A DNA stretch of 64,000 bases from Chlamydiales bacterium (lineage in GTDB: Bacteria > Chlamydiota > Chlamydiia > Chlamydiales > JAAZZY01): NCBI GenBank assembly GCA_965206695.1, contig CBDBKM010000005.1:73244-137243 (forward strand), in the 5' to 3' direction. The notes beneath the pieces are model-generated. The model worked only from the letters and a program-made list of their open reading frames with translations. It was not told the origin of the DNA and did no database searches. A program made the position numbers and the translations under genes. The stretch's first letter is position 1, and each line of letters opens with the position of its first letter. Positions 54,472 through 63,649 of the stretch are shown piece after piece.

Positions 54472-57400
54472 TTAAGTCTCTAATTTTGAGTGCAGCTTAG
54501 TCTGATAATTTTTTAAATAAACATTTAATCGTTTAGCTAAATCAGTAATATTAGGTTGCATGAGCATACTGATATGATTACCTGCTACCTCATGATTTTC
54601 AATACTTCCTTCTATGAGATGATGCCAAGTAGATGAAACGGTAATATCCGCTATTGAAGATAATCTGTCCTCTGCCTCAAAAAATAGCACATCACCAAAA
54701 TATTTTTTTGGCTTGTAGTTATCAAAGGCAAGCCAATGAACTTTCATCTTTTCAAAGAGTTTTTCCTTTTCAGAAAAGGATGAAGGTTCAAAGTGCATAC
54801 TTTTCATCAATATTTCTATTTGGTCATGTCTTGAAAGACCTTTAAGCTCTTCTGCTAGTTTGGGATTAGCAGAAAAAAGTTCAGCTAAGGTCGTTATCAT
54901 TTCAGTTTCAGTATCTACCTGTACCTTGTGAGGCAATTTCTCAGGGCAAATAATATCCAACATTGCCAGTAAAGAAATATCTTCAGATTCTTCTTTTAAC
55001 CGTATCGCCATTTCATAAGCTATAAGGCCTCCAAAAGACGTTCCTAGTAATTGGTAAGGCCCTTTAGGTTGTATCTTGCGAATTAACTGAATATACTTAG
55101 CAGCGATCTTTTCAATTGATATATGATCTCCAATTTCATAATCCGGACTCTCTAAACCATAAATAGCACTATCGTGTTTCAAAGCCTCAACTAAATCTTT
55201 ATAACAAAAGACGGAACCACTAATAGGATGCATGCAGAATAAGGGTTGATTTGTATTACCGTCTTTTAATTTTACAACTAAATGTGTTGAATCTTTTACC
55301 TGAATTTGTTGATGAATCGCTTTACCTAGTTTTTCTATTGTCGAATATTCCAATAGCATATTAGAACGAATTGAAATTTGGAATAATTCTTGAATTTTAG
55401 AAGTAATTTGAATAGCTAATAATGAGTCTCCTCCTAAATGAAAGAAATCATCGTGAATACCAATCGACTCTAACGCTAAAGCCTCTTGCCAAATAGATCT
55501 CAATGATCGTTCCAAATGATTTAAACTATGGTTTATCTCTTTGTGTACCTTCGGAGTATTTGTAGTAGAAGAATCCTTCGTAGGTGGGTAGATCCAGAAC
55601 TCTTTTTTCTTAAAAGGATAAGTGGGCAAGGAGATTCTATGAGATTGATTATTAACACAAAGCCTACCCCAATCTATATCAAGACCACGCGACCAAAGCT
55701 TACCTAATAATGAAAGATGAAATTTTGAACTGTCCTTTTCTACTGTAGGTAGTGATGGAGAAATAATATTTTCACGGTGAGTTAATTGATTTGTTTTGAT
55801 GAAACGGCAAACACTAGAGCCCGGGCCAACTTCAATGATTGCTTGATTCGGTCTTTTTAAAAGATCTTGAAAAACTGATAAATGCTTATTTAACGGGATC
55901 GAAGAATTGGAATAGGTCATCACTTTTTCCATTGTCTCTTTTAAGATGCCGGGATTCTCAATATAGCCTTCTAAATAGCGACCTATACCCCATGTAATGA
56001 TTCTATCCGGAAAGAGACCCCGGCTTTTCCATAACAAAAATAACGAATATGATATGATGAAATATGATAGATTCACCACCTCTTTTTTCTGATCTTGAAG
56101 AGAAGGATTTTTTATATCTAATGCCTCGCAGCAAAGAAAAGGTCGAAGGTTAATATCGAAATACTTTTTCGATAACTCAATAAGGTGATCGATACTGTCT
56201 CTAAAACAAGGCTCCTTTTCATAGAGATATTGTGAGGTATTAGTCCACTCATCTTGAATATCGGGAAGAATAAAAATAACATCGGGCTTTAAATCAACAG
56301 ATTCGAAAGTCTGATGATCATATGATAGCCTTGCAAGTAACTCCTCTTTATTGGAACACATAATCGCCTCTCTATAAGAAAAGCTTTTTCGACCGACTTG
56401 CAAGGTATAGGATATATCTCTTAAAGAGAACTCCGGATTCTTAAGCAAATGGTTTTTTAAACGAGAAAACATCTGATTAAGTGCCCATTCTGATTTGGCA
56501 GACAAAATAATTAACTCATCTCTATTCTTATTTTGAATAGTCGGTAAGATCGGCGCTTCTTCTAAAAGAATACAAGCATTTGTCCCTCCAAAACCTAAAG
56601 AAGACACTAATGCTCTTCTTGGATGAGATTTTTTCTCCCAATTTTTTAACTCTGTATTCACGTAAAATGGAGTTTTAGCAAAGTCGATAGTTGGATTAGG
56701 AGTATCAAAGTGCAAACTAGGAGGCAACATTTGATGGTTTAAAGCTAATGAGCATTTAATAAAGCCTGCTACTCCGGCCGCTTCCATCAAATGACCAATA
56801 TTACTTTTAATAGAACCTATAGCACAATAACCCGTTCTTTGAGTCTGTGCTTTAAAAGCTCGGTCTAAAGCATGAATTTCAATCGGGTCTCCCAGAGGCG
56901 TAGCAGTGCCATGAGTTTCAATATAGCCTATTGTTTCCGGATGAATGTCAGCTTTCTTAATAGCAAGGGAAACGGCTTCAACTTGCCCTTCAATACCGGG
57001 AGCTGTAAATCCAATTTTTTCTCCCCCATCATTGTTCATGCCATATCCGGAGATAACCGAATAAATATGATCGTTATCTTTCAAGGCTTGATCTAAAGGT
57101 TTTAAAACAACCACTCCAACACCACTTCCCGGTACTGTACCTTCAGCCTTTTTATCAAAAGATCTGCAATGACCATCCGGTGAAAAAATCATCCCATTTT
57201 GATAGAGATAACCTCGCTTTTGAGGGATTGAGAGGGATACTCCTCCTGCTATAGCAATATCACACTGATTGCTAAAAAGATGATCGCATGCAACGCAAAT
57301 AGATACCAAAGAGCTCGAACAAGCTGTTTGAATAGCAAGACTAGGCCCTTTGAGATTAAGCTTATATGAGACTCTTGTGGTTAAATAATCTTTTTCGTTA

Positions 57401-57855
57401 CCGATATGAGAAAGATATTCATCTGAATCATTTCGAAAGTCTTTATTAGGATATAGGTTATGTAAGTAATACAAACTATTACTACTTCCTGCAAATACCC
57501 CAATAGGTTGAGAGCTGTCCTTAGAATATCCGGCATCTTCTAATGCTTCATAACAGGATTCTAAAAACAGTCGATGCTGCGGATCCATTAATTTCGCTTC
57601 TTTAGAACTGATACCAAAAAAATTAGCATCAAAAGAAGCTATATCATCGACTATCCCTCTTGCAGGTACATAATTGGCATTATCTATCTGTTCATCAGAT
57701 ATTCCCGATATATGTAAATCGTGTTCAGAAAATTTTGAAATAGATTCCCTTTTTTTAGAAATATTATCCCAAAAGGCATCCGGATTATTAGCGCCCGGAA
57801 AGCGGCTTATCATTCCTATAATAGCAATCTTATGATCCTTTTTATTAGGAATCAT
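54472..57855 (-). CDS. single-module polyketide synthase: KS - degenerate AT - carrier protein - thioesterase
   Basis: KS motifs TACSSS, ETHGTATPLGDP and NIGHLMEAAG. The KS-AT linker is followed by an AT relic with TWGIG instead of GHSxG. The carrier domain has FFHLGGDSLLAIQ, and the TE has GTSFGG ... GNHISM. Confidence 0.9.
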   Translation of the reverse strand: MIPNKKDHKIAIIGMISRFPGANNPDAFWDNISKKRESISKFSEHDLHISGISDEQIDNANYVPARGIVDDIASFDANFFGISSKEAKLMDPQHRLFLESCYEALEDAGYSKDSSQPIGVFAGSSNSLYYLHNLYPNKDFRNDSDEYLSHIGNEKDYLTTRVSYKLNLKGPSLAIQTACSSSLVSICVACDHLFSNQCDIAIAGGVSLSIPQKRGYLYQNGMIFSPDGHCRSFDKKAEGTVPGSGVGVVVLKPLDQALKDNDHIYSVISGYGMNNDGGEKIGFTAPGIEGQVEAVSLAIKKADIHPETIGYIETHGTATPLGDPIEIHALDRAFKAQTQRTGYCAIGSIKSNIGHLMEAAGVAGFIKCSLALNHQMLPPSLHFDTPNPTIDFAKTPFYVNTELKNWEKKSHPRRALVSSLGFGGTNACILLEEAPILPTIQNKNRDELIILSAKSEWALNQMFSRLKNHLLKNPEFSLRDISYTLQVGRKSFSYREAIMCSNKEELLARLSYDHQTFESVDLKPDVIFILPDIQDEWTNTSQYLYEKEPCFRDSIDHLIELSKKYFDINLRPFLCCEALDIKNPSLQDQKKEVVNLSYFIISYSLFLLWKSRGLFPDRIITWGIGRYLEGYIENPGILKETMEKVMTYSNSSIPLNKHLSVFQDLLKRPNQAIIEVGPGSSVCRFIKTNQLTHRENIISPSLPTVEKDSSKFHLSLLGKLWSRGLDIDWGRLCVNNQSHRISLPTYPFKKKEFWIYPPTKDSSTTNTPKVHKEINHSLNHLERSLRSIWQEALALESIGIHDDFFHLGGDSLLAIQITSKIQELFQISIRSNMLLEYSTIEKLGKAIHQQIQVKDSTHLVVKLKDGNTNQPLFCMHPISGSVFCYKDLVEALKHDSAIYGLESPDYEIGDHISIEKIAAKYIQLIRKIQPKGPYQLLGTSFGGLIAYEMAIRLKEESEDISLLAMLDIICPEKLPHKVQVDTETEMITTLAELFSANPKLAEELKGLSRHDQIEILMKSMHFEPSSFSEKEKLFEKMKVHWLAFDNYKPKKYFGDVLFFEAEDRLSSIADITVSSTWHHLIEGSIENHEVAGNHISMLMQPNITDLAKRLNVYLKNYQTKLHSKLET

Positions 57856-58169
57856 TTTTTTCTCCTATTAGTTAAGTGAACTAAAATTTTTAATTACGAT
57901 TTGATTCTTTTAAAACTCATATTTTCAAATAATTCAGAAAAATTAAAATAAATATTCAATATTAGTTAAGTACTAGCTGTTTTCTTTTGAGATGCGGTAT
58001 TAAATCATATAATAAAATTATTAATTGTCATTCAGATCAGTGCAAAATTAATTAACATTAAACAAACATTCGATTGAATATTCGATGTTCCTTATTAAAA
58101 AATCAATAATTAAAAAAAATATTTAATAAATAAATTCATTAAAATCCTCAAATCAATTAAAGATCATTT

Positions 58170-59335
58170 GAATAACTCATGTTACGCAAAATCAAATAGC
58201 ATATCATTTTTCCGGCTCATGAAAGGTAGCCTGATTTGCTTTGATCAATAATTTGTATTTTAGGGCAAAATGGTTAAGATGGGTTTTAATTTTTAAAAAT
58301 TCCGGCTTGCAATAAGATAGGAGAGATGCAAAAATATGGTTTTTTTGAGATTTTTCAACCTTGGTAGGCGATTTTGCAAGGCTTGCATTTTGCTTAATAG
58401 ATTTGTGATACTCTTCTATTCTCCACCGTTTTTTGTAGATCTCATAGAGTGAGTCAGCATCATGGTTTAAGTCGTTGCTCACAAGGTATAGAGTCCCCGT
58501 GGAATTATCTTCGTTTTTGAAGACTTTTTTCACTAAGGAAACGGGAAAAGATAAATCTTTAAGCCGGACTATCTTTTTTTCTCCATCCTTGAAATTAATC
58601 GATTCAAGATTGTGATACTGACCTTTTTTTCTTGCTTCTTCTGAGAAAGCGATGAGTCTGTTGGACTTCATGCCTAAAATAAATTTCTTATCTGTATCAT
58701 AATGAATAAACTCCCTATTTTTTTTAGCTCCAAACCAATTATCTGCAAGAATATAATCAAACTTGACCTGATTCCGTATAGCTTGCTTTATTTGTTTTTG
58801 AAATAATTCATTTTTAGTGACATCGGATTTTCTTGTTTCCTTTTTGGTTTTGATATCACAAAAATGTACTGTTTTAGATATGACTTCATATCCGATAGGA
58901 AATACAATGTCATCATAATGAACAAGAGTAGATAAAATGTTAACCCCTTTGATACACCGACCTTTAGCATGAGAAAAATGCCATGCAATAATATCATTTT
59001 CATCCGTGTAAGGCTTCTCTTCGATAGAATCATCTATAATCAAAACACCGGCTTTACCTCCTGAATATTTTTTCAGCGTGTCTTTTACATAGCACCATAA
59101 ATCTTTTCCTGAAAATTCTCTCTTATTGAGAAAACGAGTAATTTTATCATGGCTGATCTCACCATCTAATAAAGCTGACAGTCCGGTAGCCGTAGCATAT
59201 TGGTTTTGGCTGATAAGGTAATCTGTATATATATCCGGGAGCTGTTTTGACATATTTTTTCCTCATAATTAGAGAAAAAATTATAAAAATAAAAAACTTT
59301 CTTTACATCACCTTTGCGGTAAGGTGAGTGAATAA
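58170..59335 (-). mobile_element. IS4-family insertion sequence, apparently intact (boundaries +/-15 bp)
   Basis: Imperfect IRs containing ACTCAnnTTAC(C)GCAAA. It carries ORF 58204..59253 and sits in the AT-rich divergent region between the PKS and NRPS genes. A second, broken copy lies at 1172-2638. Confidence 0.75.
58204..59253 (-). CDS. IS4-family DDE transposase
   Basis: 349 aa with LIIDDS, LADNWFG and the Y-2-R-3-E-6-K signature in YKKRWRIEEYHKSIK. Confidence 0.88.
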   Translation of the reverse strand: MSKQLPDIYTDYLISQNQYATATGLSALLDGEISHDKITRFLNKREFSGKDLWCYVKDTLKKYSGGKAGVLIIDDSIEEKPYTDENDIIAWHFSHAKGRCIKGVNILSTLVHYDDIVFPIGYEVISKTVHFCDIKTKKETRKSDVTKNELFQKQIKQAIRNQVKFDYILADNWFGAKKNREFIHYDTDKKFILGMKSNRLIAFSEEARKKGQYHNLESINFKDGEKKIVRLKDLSFPVSLVKKVFKNEDNSTGTLYLVSNDLNHDADSLYEIYKKRWRIEEYHKSIKQNASLAKSPTKVEKSQKNHIFASLLSYCKPEFLKIKTHLNHFALKYKLLIKANQATFHEPEK

Positions 59336-59395
59336 GTGCCTATATCAGATGGCCCCAAATATAGAATTGAATATAAATCCAATTTGTTTTAACAT

Positions 59396-59434
59396 GAACA
59401 ATCAAAACAAATATAATATTTGTTTTGATTGTTC
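59396..59434. promoter_or_regulatory. 39-bp palindrome (19-bp perfect arms, 1-nt spacer) upstream of the NRPS gene
   Basis: GAACAATCAAAACAAATAT-A-ATATTTGTTTTGATTGTTC followed by TTTTTT, ending 54 nt before ATG 59488. Confidence 0.45.
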
Positions 59435-59487
59435 TTTTTTGATTATTAAGATTTAAATAGAATAAGGAGTAATTAAGAAGTAATGAT

Positions 59488-61878
59488 ATGCTTGATCTAG
59501 GATTTGAACGACCCATTACTTGCGATCGTAGCAAGGATAGGATTAGTTATTCTTCTTTTTTTTCCAAAGAACTGACAAAAAATCTTCGTCATTTTTCTTT
59601 AGAATGGAAAATTCCGGCAGCTCTAATTTTATTAGGAGCATATCAGGTGCTCCTTTACCGCTACTGCAGCAAAAATGAGTTTGTAATAGGAATCCGGGAT
59701 TCTAACAAAAATCAGACGGCTCACTTAAATTGTCAAGGACAGGATACATTCCAAAAGCTATTAACTAGTTTACAGCTTTGCAAAACTGTTAATTGCACCC
59801 CGATTAAACCTAACTTCTTTTTTTCTACAGAAAAAAACGCCACATCTTTGCTTGACAATGCTTCTATAGATTTACATTTTTCAATACTTCAAAAAAATGA
59901 ATCATATTTAGTCACAGCCGATGCCTTAACTAAAGCATTCTATCCTGATACTATTGAGAATATGGTAAATCATTACTCACGTTTATTAGAAAACTTATTA
60001 AAGTACCCGCATGAAGTATTAGAGCATGTTCCTTTTTTATCACCTAAAGAAGAAGACTTATTACTCAACACATTAGCAAGGACAACAACAGAAAGCTACC
60101 CTGATAATATCTTAGATACTTTTACTGATTTCGCAAAACATCTCCCAAATAAAATAGCCGTTAAAGGCGATATGGATTCTTTAACTTATAGTGATCTTGA
60201 TATTCAATCTAATCAGCTAGCATCGTATTTAACAAAAATGAAAATTGGAGCTGATGATGTGGTTGCTGTTAGCACCTCACATTGTCCTAAGTTGATAATA
60301 GCCCTTTTGGCAATTATCAAAATAGGGGCTACTTACCTGCCTTTAGATCCTAGTTATCCTGAAATTCGTTTGCAAGAGATGCTCAAAGATGCCAAACCAA
60401 AAATTTTATTAACGCAATCTAAATGGGTCGTTAAGTTTAACAAATATTCGGTATCTATTTTACAAATAGATACCGAATGGAATCAAATCCAAACATCCGG
60501 TAAAGAGTTCGTATATGCTAAACCGGACCCTTTTTCAACAGCTTATATTATATATACATCAGGTTCTACAGGAAAACCTAAAGGAATCATGATTGCATAT
60601 CGAAGCCTTTCCCACCTATCATTAGAACGAAAAATGTTTTATCCTGAGGAAACGATACCCCTACTATTAGGATCAATAGCTTTTGATATCAGCTTGTTAA
60701 TGATATTTCATACTTTAATGACTGGTGGAACGCTATGTATTCCTGAGCACAGCAAGTATGTAGATGGAGAAGCATTAATTCAATTTATGGAGCAGCATTG
60801 TGTGAATTATCTCATGTGTGTTCCTTCATTTTATGCTATGCTCCTTGAAAAATCTATCCCTTTACCTGCTCATTTGTTGATGGTGAGTCTTGTAGGTGAA
60901 GTCATTCCCAACTCGTTACCTATTTTGCACCAACAATTAGCTCCTGAAGCAATTTTAAATAATGAATATGGGCCTTGTGAAATAGCAATAGGGAGCAATC
61001 ATGCTATAGTTTATGATTCAAAATCAAAAAAAATCAACCGGATGACAATTGGTAAACCTCTTCCAAATACAGATGTATTTATTCTCACACCTAATCTTTC
61101 GCCTGCTTTGTTAGGAACAAAAGGAGAAATTTGTATCGGAGGTATTGGATTAGCCAAAGGATACTTAAATAATAAGAAATTAACAGAAGAAAAATTTGTT
61201 GATGTTTCTTTTAATAGAAAAACGCCTAATAAGCTCTATCGTACCGGAGACTTTGGACGTCTGCATCCAGATGGTAATTTTGAATTTTTAGGACGTATGG
61301 ATACCCAAATAAAATTGCGTGGGCATCGAATAGAACTTGATGAAATAGAACGCAAGCTTATGCAACATATTGACATTGATGAAGCCGTTATTCTTCTTGA
61401 TAAGAATAACGAAACTCAAGGGTATCTTGTAGCTTATTTTACCACAATGTCAGGTAATGAGTTATCTATTGACGCAGTGCGAGACTTTCTCAAGCAAAAT
61501 CTTCCAAAATTTATGATCCCTACTCATTTTCTTCAACTTAAAAACTTTCCTCGAACCTTAATTAAAAAGATTGATCGGAAAGCTTTGCCAAAAATTTTAA
61601 ATTCCATTCCAATTAAGAATACCCCAGAAACAAGCTCTGAAATAAAATCTAAGCTATTGAGCATTTGGAAAGATGTTTTAGGTAATCAAGAAATCAATCA
61701 AAATAAGAACTTCTTTGACCTTGGTGGAAATTCTTTATTGCTTGCAACCGTCCAAACAAAAGTAAAAGGCGTTTTTGGTGTTAACATTCCTATGATTGAG
61801 TTCTTCAATTTTCCAACACTTGATAAACTTGCAGTACATTTGAAAAAATCATTAACTCTCATCAAATTAAATTCATAA
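59488..61878 (+). CDS. non-ribosomal peptide synthetase module: partial C - A - T
   Basis: The first ~190 aa correspond to the C-terminal subdomain of a condensation domain, with no HHxxxDG. A-domain motifs are YIIYTSGSTGKPKG, NEYGPCE, YRTGD, GRMDTQIKLRGHRIELDEIE and IDRKAL. The T domain has FFDLGGNSLL. Confidence 0.9.
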   Translation: MLDLGFERPITCDRSKDRISYSSFFSKELTKNLRHFSLEWKIPAALILLGAYQVLLYRYCSKNEFVIGIRDSNKNQTAHLNCQGQDTFQKLLTSLQLCKTVNCTPIKPNFFFSTEKNATSLLDNASIDLHFSILQKNESYLVTADALTKAFYPDTIENMVNHYSRLLENLLKYPHEVLEHVPFLSPKEEDLLLNTLARTTTESYPDNILDTFTDFAKHLPNKIAVKGDMDSLTYSDLDIQSNQLASYLTKMKIGADDVVAVSTSHCPKLIIALLAIIKIGATYLPLDPSYPEIRLQEMLKDAKPKILLTQSKWVVKFNKYSVSILQIDTEWNQIQTSGKEFVYAKPDPFSTAYIIYTSGSTGKPKGIMIAYRSLSHLSLERKMFYPEETIPLLLGSIAFDISLLMIFHTLMTGGTLCIPEHSKYVDGEALIQFMEQHCVNYLMCVPSFYAMLLEKSIPLPAHLLMVSLVGEVIPNSLPILHQQLAPEAILNNEYGPCEIAIGSNHAIVYDSKSKKINRMTIGKPLPNTDVFILTPNLSPALLGTKGEICIGGIGLAKGYLNNKKLTEEKFVDVSFNRKTPNKLYRTGDFGRLHPDGNFEFLGRMDTQIKLRGHRIELDEIERKLMQHIDIDEAVILLDKNNETQGYLVAYFTTMSGNELSIDAVRDFLKQNLPKFMIPTHFLQLKNFPRTLIKKIDRKALPKILNSIPIKNTPETSSEIKSKLLSIWKDVLGNQEINQNKNFFDLGGNSLLLATVQTKVKGVFGVNIPMIEFFNFPTLDKLAVHLKKSLTLIKLNS

Positions 61879-61899
61879 CATTTAAGCTTTATAACGGCG

Positions 61900-63096
61900 T
61901 TATGTATGTAACTCTTTTGGCCTTATTTTTTCATATTTAATAAATGGAAACCAAGAAACTATAATGAGGCTCAATGAGAAAGTTATAACGTACATTATAT
62001 GAAGCTGAAAAAAGTTATGAAACAAAACAATAAATATTGAAATGAGCAAAGCAATAGTATCAGTCGATTCAATCAAACCATAAACTCTACCTTGCTCATG
62101 ATAAGCGGCTCCTTTAGCAAGCATCGAAAATAAAGTTGCAGGAAGAATAGCTATACCGATTGTATAGAAATAAAAACAACCTGCCAATAGAGAGAAATTT
62201 GGGATGTGTGAAAATAAAAAATCTACATAAAATGGCAATAGAGATACGGACCCAAAAAGAAAACCAATTCTACTCATCATGCTATCAGAAACTCGATTAC
62301 AAAATTTCAGTGCCAAAATCCCGGTTAAATACCCCACCGATATTGTTATTGCAACCCAAAAAAATTGTTGAATTTTGAAATCAACGTATAACAAGAGAAT
62401 GCAATAAATCGCAATTTCCCACAAAAGAAATGCAAAAATCGCACTTAACATATAAGTCTTTTTAAGATCATTTATTAATAGCTTTATCTCTTTAATGATT
62501 AGATCTAAAAAACGACTATTCTTCAATGTACCACGGCTGTTCTTATCGCGGATATCTGTAAAGGCCTTAATACAAAAATAAATAATCAGAATATAAAATA
62601 CTATCATTATTGCAATGGCAATCTGTTCTTTAATATAAAATTCCTGAAAAACTAATAACGCATAAGCTACTGCATAAGAAGCAGTTGAGAGTCCAAATGA
62701 AAAGCGATAATTGCTATTTTGAGTATCTGCAATCGCGGCCCATGAAAGAGGGATTGTATTCCCGAAGCCTCCTTTAATAAAGCTTAATATGATTAATATT
62801 GGTAAAAACTTTACAATTGTCAAATTCAATAAAAACAATAGAATAATAGTTATCGAGGTGGCTGATAATGAAAAGACTAAGCTTTTTTTTCTACAATATA
62901 AATCCGAAAAAGATGCTTGGATAGGAGCTGCAAGACTTTGCAAAGTAAGAACACCTACAAAAAGTGCCATTTGCAACGACAATATTTGCTCATTGAAAGC
63001 ACGAAAGATGTAGTTTTCACAAATAACATCTCCAAAAATAAATAACAGTATCAATAAGAGAGAGTTAGTCGGTTTTGAGACATTATTTTTAAACAT
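61900..63096 (-). CDS. MFS-type transporter (candidate exporter of the NRPS-PKS product)
   Basis: 398 aa with about 12 TM segments, convergent with the NRPS gene. Family assignment rests on topology only. Confidence 0.65.
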   Translation of the reverse strand: MFKNNVSKPTNSLLLILLFIFGDVICENYIFRAFNEQILSLQMALFVGVLTLQSLAAPIQASFSDLYCRKKSLVFSLSATSITIILLFLLNLTIVKFLPILIILSFIKGGFGNTIPLSWAAIADTQNSNYRFSFGLSTASYAVAYALLVFQEFYIKEQIAIAIMIVFYILIIYFCIKAFTDIRDKNSRGTLKNSRFLDLIIKEIKLLINDLKKTYMLSAIFAFLLWEIAIYCILLLYVDFKIQQFFWVAITISVGYLTGILALKFCNRVSDSMMSRIGFLFGSVSLLPFYVDFLFSHIPNFSLLAGCFYFYTIGIAILPATLFSMLAKGAAYHEQGRVYGLIESTDTIALLISIFIVLFHNFFQLHIMYVITFSLSLIIVSWFPFIKYEKIRPKELHT

Positions 63097-63192
63097 AAAA
63101 ATTTCCTAAATACCCATACTGAGAGTATCGAGATTCGCATAATACAAAAGGATCAAATAACACACACCCAACCAAGAGTAAATTAATGTGAT

Positions 63193-63649
63193 TTATATTG
63201 TTCGTTTCCATAGAAGCTTGGAATGTCTTTCTTGAAGATTAGTACAAGTTAATATTAATTGATTTCCCAAAAGAGTTGGATATCTTATTTCTGGCATTTG
63301 GATCAGGTTTATGAATCCAGATAGTTCAGGATGATGAATAATAAGATTTTCCTTAATTTCATATCGTCCGATATACCCAGCGTAATTTTCTGCAACCTCT
63401 ATTTTCCCCTTATCAGTACCTTCTTGAAATTGAAACTGACTTGATTTTAGAGCGATTAGAAGACATAATTATGTACGGAGACAATGTCACATAACCTAAT
63501 GCATTTTGGCCATAAGGATGTGTTATCTTGTCATTCTTATCGATTATAACATACGAAAAAAGTTGCCAGGCTCCTTCAAGATCCGACTTTTGCATATAAA
63601 ATTTCCAAACAATTACTTGAATACATTTAATCAAGTAGTAATTTAACAT
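63193..63649 (-). pseudogene. lipocalin-like domain protein, frameshifted
   Basis: DLEGAWQLFSYVIIDKNDKITHPYGQNALGYVTLSP, then in another frame GKIEVAENYAGYIGRYEIKENLIIHHPELS...GNQLILTC. This is the pattern of lipocalin-like beta-barrel domain proteins. Confidence 0.5.

Noticed and set aside
54654-63013. ORFs 54654..54845, 56872..57096, 62160..62378 and 62789..63013 (+), plus 59340..59534 (-)
   Set aside because: They are antisense within the PKS or MFS genes, or lie in AT-rich spacer overlapping the NRPS start. They are low-complexity with no motifs.
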